IMG/VR virus record: IMGVR_UViG_3300032291_002057
Coordinates: 1-14,304 of that record
Strand: one strand, 5' to 3'
From: a virus
Taxonomy: Duplodnaviria > Heunggongvirae > Uroviricota > Caudoviricetes
Length of the DNA: 14,304 nt
How positions within the stretch are numbered: the stretch's first letter is position 1; every line of letters starts with the position of its first letter. Below, piece by piece: positions 14,262 to 14,304 of the stretch. The notes under the pieces are model-generated. The model made no database searches. It was not told the DNA's origin and saw nothing but the letters and a program-made list of their open reading frames with translations. Position numbers and translations under genes: made by a program.

Positions 14262-14304
14262 GAACACTATATTACATGGGTCTTGAACCTTATAAAGCAA
14301 GATA
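14258..14304 (+). CDS. 5' end of the next CDS (MRTLYYMGLEPYKAR...), possibly a GT-B glycosyltransferase
   Basis: ATGA overlap; frame open to the window edge. Only 15 codons are visible, so the glycosyltransferase call rests on my recollection of similar phage N-termini and on context. Confidence 0.4.
   Translation, partial: MRTLYYMGLEPYKAR

Noticed and set aside
1-14304. Stop-codon reassignment (none of about 20 genes ends in TAG)
   Set aside because: All genes are full length in code 11 with no in-frame TAG or TGA. TAG is rare in AT-rich genomes, so its absence is unremarkable.
1-14304. tRNA genes, CRISPR arrays, IS elements, homing endonucleases, long repeats
   Set aside because: No cloverleaf with a TTCGA T-arm, no regularly spaced repeats and no transposase, GIY-YIG or free-standing HNH ORF were visible; intergenic gaps are too short.

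Overview
AT-rich, densely coding segment of a large T4-like (Caudoviricetes) phage genome; no tRNA, rRNA, CRISPR or IS element seen. The left half is accessory: a secreted non-specific nuclease, an unannotated 36-aa sORF, a divergent methyltransferase / TctC-Bug solute-binding protein / sulfotransferase-like / 2OG-Fe(II) hydroxylase cluster driven by face-to-face ATAAATA boxes, a GC-rich structured intergenic RNA candidate and a HExxH peptidase. The right half runs from sigma70-type promoters: minimal TilS, DsbA/GapR-like protein, family B DNA polymerase and putative sliding clamp, followed by a TGT/DpdA-like transglycosylase, a 2OG-Fe(II) oxygenase, a Cys-less QueD-like protein, a nucleotidyltransferase-cupin fusion and the start of a probable glycosyltransferase. 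Best candidate for a novel system: replication-coupled 7-deazaguanine DNA (hyper)modification. The TGT-like enzyme carries a near-C-terminal motif (TMFDQLF) matching the polymerase's putative clamp-binding tail (STFDELF). All family calls come from motif recognition by eye; no database search was run.
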